20,000 nucleotides of DNA, taken from the IMG/VR virus record IMGVR_UViG_3300030107_002792; one strand, 5' to 3'. Below are positions 17,626 through 20,000 of this stretch, in pieces; positions within the stretch are counted from its first letter, which is position 1; each line of letters starts with the position of its first letter. The stretch comes from an uncultured virus (IMG/VR IMGVR_UViG_3300030107_002792). Taxonomy: Duplodnaviria; Heunggongvirae; Uroviricota; Caudoviricetes; Kyanoviridae. The translations under genes were made by a program, and so were the position numbers. The notes under the pieces are model-generated. The model saw only the letters and a program-made list of their open reading frames with translations. It made no database searches and was not told the DNA's origin.

Positions 17626-19014
17626 ATGACATTACAACAACTTACAGAAAAGTGGGCTCCCGTTTTGAATCACGATTCAGTTCCTGAAATCAAAGATTCA
17701 TATAAAAAAGGCGTAGTCGCACAACTTCTAGAGAACCAAGAATTAGCAATCAAAGAAGAATCAAACGTTCTTTCTGAGACCCTACAAACAACTGGTTACA
17801 CAACAGGCGATACTGGAACAGGTCCAGTCGCTGGTTTCGACCCCGTATTGATCAGTCTTATTAGACGTTCAATGCCTCAACTAATTGCATATGATGTTGC
17901 TGGCGTTCAGCCAATGACAGGTCCAACAGGACTTATCTTTGCAATGAGATCATTCTACGGCACAGAGCGTAGACCTGCTAATAGTGACTTCAGAGAAGCA
18001 TTATTCAACGAGCCAAACGCTGGTTTCTCTGGTGGTCCTGGCAACCGTCTTACAGACTACGATCCTACTGCTTCATCTTCTGCTATCAACGATGCTGAAG
18101 GTGCTAACCCTGGACTTCTTAACGACTCCCCTGCTGGAGACTACGAAGTAACTGGTGATGCTACTGGAATGGCAACAGCTACTGCTGAAGCTCTTGATGA
18201 CTCTGCTGCTGCTACAGCATTCAGAGAGATGGGTTTCTCAATCGAGAAAGTAACTGTTACTGCGAAGTCACGTGCTTTAAAGGCAGAGTACTCAATCGAG
18301 ATGGCTCAAGACCTTAAGGCGATTCATGGATTGGATGCAGAGCAAGAGCTTGCTAACATCCTTTCTACCGAGATCCTTGCTGAAATCAACAGGGAAGTCG
18401 TTAGAACAATCTATACGAACGCTGTTAAAGGTGCTATCGCTAATACTGCTACTGACGGTATCTTCGACTTAGACGTTGACTCTAATGGTAGATGGTCTGT
18501 TGAGAAATTCAAAGGACTTCTATTCCAAATAGAAAGAGATTCAAACGCTATCGGACAAGAAACTCGTCGCGGGAAGGGCAACATCCTAATCTGTTCTGCA
18601 GACGTTGCTTCAGCTCTCGGAATGGCTGGCGTTCTTGACTATGCTCCTGCTCTTAATGGTAACAACAGTTTGACTGGTGTAGATGATACATCTTCAACAA
18701 TGGTTGGTACTCTTAACGGACGCATCAAGGTTTACGTTGATCCTTATTCATCTAACGTTGCTGACAAGCACTTCTACGTTGCTGGATACAAAGGAACTTC
18801 TCCTTATGATGCTGGACTGTTCTATTGCCCATATGTTCCATTGCAGCAAGTCAGAGCAATCAACCCTAACACCTTCCAACCAAAAATCGGGTTTAAGACT
18901 CGTTACGGTATGGTTTCAAACCCATTCTCAGGTGGTCTTACTCAGGGATCTGGTGCTCTTACAGCCAATGCTAACAAGTACTACAGAAGAGTACAAGTTG
19001 CTAACCTCATGTAA
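17626..19014 (+). CDS. gp23: Major capsid protein gp23
   Basis: EKWAPVL, GVQPMTGPTGLIFAMR, SRALKAEYSIEMAQDLKAIHG, FYCPYVPL, FQPKIGFKTRYG. Confidence 0.98.
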   Translation: MTLQQLTEKWAPVLNHDSVPEIKDSYKKGVVAQLLENQELAIKEESNVLSETLQTTGYTTGDTGTGPVAGFDPVLISLIRRSMPQLIAYDVAGVQPMTGPTGLIFAMRSFYGTERRPANSDFREALFNEPNAGFSGGPGNRLTDYDPTASSSAINDAEGANPGLLNDSPAGDYEVTGDATGMATATAEALDDSAAATAFREMGFSIEKVTVTAKSRALKAEYSIEMAQDLKAIHGLDAEQELANILSTEILAEINREVVRTIYTNAVKGAIANTATDGIFDLDVDSNGRWSVEKFKGLLFQIERDSNAIGQETRRGKGNILICSADVASALGMAGVLDYAPALNGNNSLTGVDDTSSTMVGTLNGRIKVYVDPYSSNVADKHFYVAGYKGTSPYDAGLFYCPYVPLQQVRAINPNTFQPKIGFKTRYGMVSNPFSGGLTQGSGALTANANKYYRRVQVANLM

Positions 19015-19035
19015 TTTGAGATTAACACATAACTT

Positions 19036-19064
19036 AAAGAGACCCATAAGGGTCTCTTTTTTTT
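19036..19064 (+). terminator. Rho-independent terminator after gp23
   Basis: AAAGAGACCC-ATAA-GGGTCTCTTT followed by further Ts. Confidence 0.9.
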
Positions 19065-19066
19065 GT

Positions 19067-19073
19067 CTAAATA
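19067..19073 (+). promoter_or_regulatory. Late promoter CTAAATA for the aaRS-like gene and tRNA
   Basis: Immediately after the terminator, 22 nt before ATG 19095. Confidence 0.65.
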
Positions 19074-19094
19074 GATTAGTTTTGCAAAGAAATA

Positions 19095-19892
19095 ATGACA
19101 AGTTTGATTGATCCAAAAAAATACAGCGAAGCGGTTGACCTATTAAGGTCATTTTTTTTGTCTAAAAACTTTTTGGAAGTTCATACTCAAAACAGACTGA
19201 GTATCCTTGCTGCCTGTGAAGATCCAGAAACAGTAGCAACCTATAACTATGGTGGTAATATTTGGCCACTACCACAGACAGGTCAGATGTGGCTTGAATA
19301 TGAATTACTTTCTAACCCCAAAGCAGAGGGGTTTTTTTGTGTCTCAACTTCGTATAGGGCAGAACCTAACCCAGTACCAGGTAGACATGAGACTATTTTC
19401 CCTATGTTTGAATTTGAAATGAAGGGAGGTGTCAGTGAACTTAAAGATATGGAAATTGATTTATGTCGTTGGTTAGGGGTACCACTAGATGATGGTTCCA
19501 TACAAACTTATGATGATTGGACTAATCAATTCAACACTAAAGAGTTAGACCATGAACATGAGAAACAAATTGGTCGTGGTATGATTACTGACTTCCCTGA
19601 GTGGACATCACCTTTCTGGAATATGGCAAGGAATGATGACGGCACTAGTAAAAAGATTGATGTTATTCTAGGAGGAATGGAGACAATAGGTTCTGCAGAA
19701 CGCAGTACCGACAAAGATCAAATGCGTGATACCTTTTACACTATATCAGATGGCAAGTATGCTCAACTGATTATTGATCTGTTTGGTAGAAGTAGAGTAG
19801 AGAAAGAACTAGAAGACTTTCTATCCTTTGACTTCTTCCCAAGATCAGGTGGAGGCATTGGTATGACTCGCATAATCTCGGCACTTTCATAG
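19095..19892 (+). CDS. Class IIb (Asn/Asp/Lys) aminoacyl-tRNA synthetase-like protein, catalytic domain only
   Basis: Motif 1 LRSFFLSKNFLEVHTQ; LPQTGQMWLE; motif 2 SYRAE...GRHETIFPMFEFE; ETIGSAER; motif 3 SGGGIGMTRI. Motif 1 begins ~15 aa from the start, leaving no room for the N-terminal OB-fold. Confidence 0.85.
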   Translation: MTSLIDPKKYSEAVDLLRSFFLSKNFLEVHTQNRLSILAACEDPETVATYNYGGNIWPLPQTGQMWLEYELLSNPKAEGFFCVSTSYRAEPNPVPGRHETIFPMFEFEMKGGVSELKDMEIDLCRWLGVPLDDGSIQTYDDWTNQFNTKELDHEHEKQIGRGMITDFPEWTSPFWNMARNDDGTSKKIDVILGGMETIGSAERSTDKDQMRDTFYTISDGKYAQLIIDLFGRSRVEKELEDFLSFDFFPRSGGGIGMTRIISALS

Positions 19893-19900
19893 TGCCTCAA

Positions 19901-19983
19901 TCTAGGGTGGCGAAACTGGTAAACGCGACACGCTGTTTCCGTGTTGACTTTTAGTCTTGGTGGTTCGACTCCATCCCCTAGAG
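19901..19983 (+). tRNA. tRNA with GUU (Asn) anticodon, atypical long-variable-arm body, CCA not encoded
   Basis: Acceptor TCTAGGG/CCCTAGA + G73; D-arm GCG-AAACTGGTAAA-CGC; anticodon arm ACACG-CTGTTTC-CGTGT; variable arm T-GACT-TTT-AGTC-TT; T-arm GGTGG-TTCGACT-CCATC. Confidence 0.9.
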
Positions 19984-20000
19984 TTACTATATATCAAAGC

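Noticed and set aside
9168..19014. Introns, inteins or homing endonucleases in gp17, gp20 or gp23
   Set aside because: The ORFs are continuous, of typical length, and lack splicing or endonuclease motifs.
19015..19094. Absence of gp24 after gp23
   Set aside because: Usual for T4-like cyanophages and not novel.
854..19714. Minus-strand ORFs and short alternative-frame plus ORFs in the track (e.g. 1316..1705, 8678..8992, 9484..9810, 18683..19111)
   Set aside because: They are shadows of well-supported genes with biased codon usage and show no motifs or regulatory signals.
19095..19892. Calling the gene asnS or epmA
   Set aside because: It lacks the anticodon-binding domain of AsnRS and the TSPE/HNPEF signatures of EpmA, so no symbol was assigned.

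Overview
Late (virion morphogenesis) gene cluster of a T4-like marine cyanomyovirus (Kyanoviridae-type, AT-rich). All supported genes are on the + strand. Order: 5'-truncated repeat-rich fibre/adhesin, gp13, gp14, gp15, gp16, an accessory island, gp17, gp18, gp19, gp20, small acidic prohead-core protein, gp21, gp22, gp23. The island holds a beta-rich protein, a basic protein with SAM-lyase-like motifs, several unannotated small ORFs, purM and an SNase-family nuclease. T4-type late promoters (TATAAATA/CTAAATA) and two intrinsic terminators with the same stem punctuate the cluster. Three observations stand out. (1) After gp23, a separately promoted module encodes a class IIb (Asn/Asp-type) aminoacyl-tRNA synthetase catalytic domain with no anticodon-binding domain, followed 8 nt later by an atypical tRNA (GUU anticodon, Leu-like long variable arm, U37), possibly a dedicated synthetase-tRNA pair. 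(2) A candidate capsid-packaged SAM lyase (anti-restriction). (3) A 'Russian-doll' nested domain architecture in the fibre. Family assignments come from motif recognition and synteny; no database searches were run.
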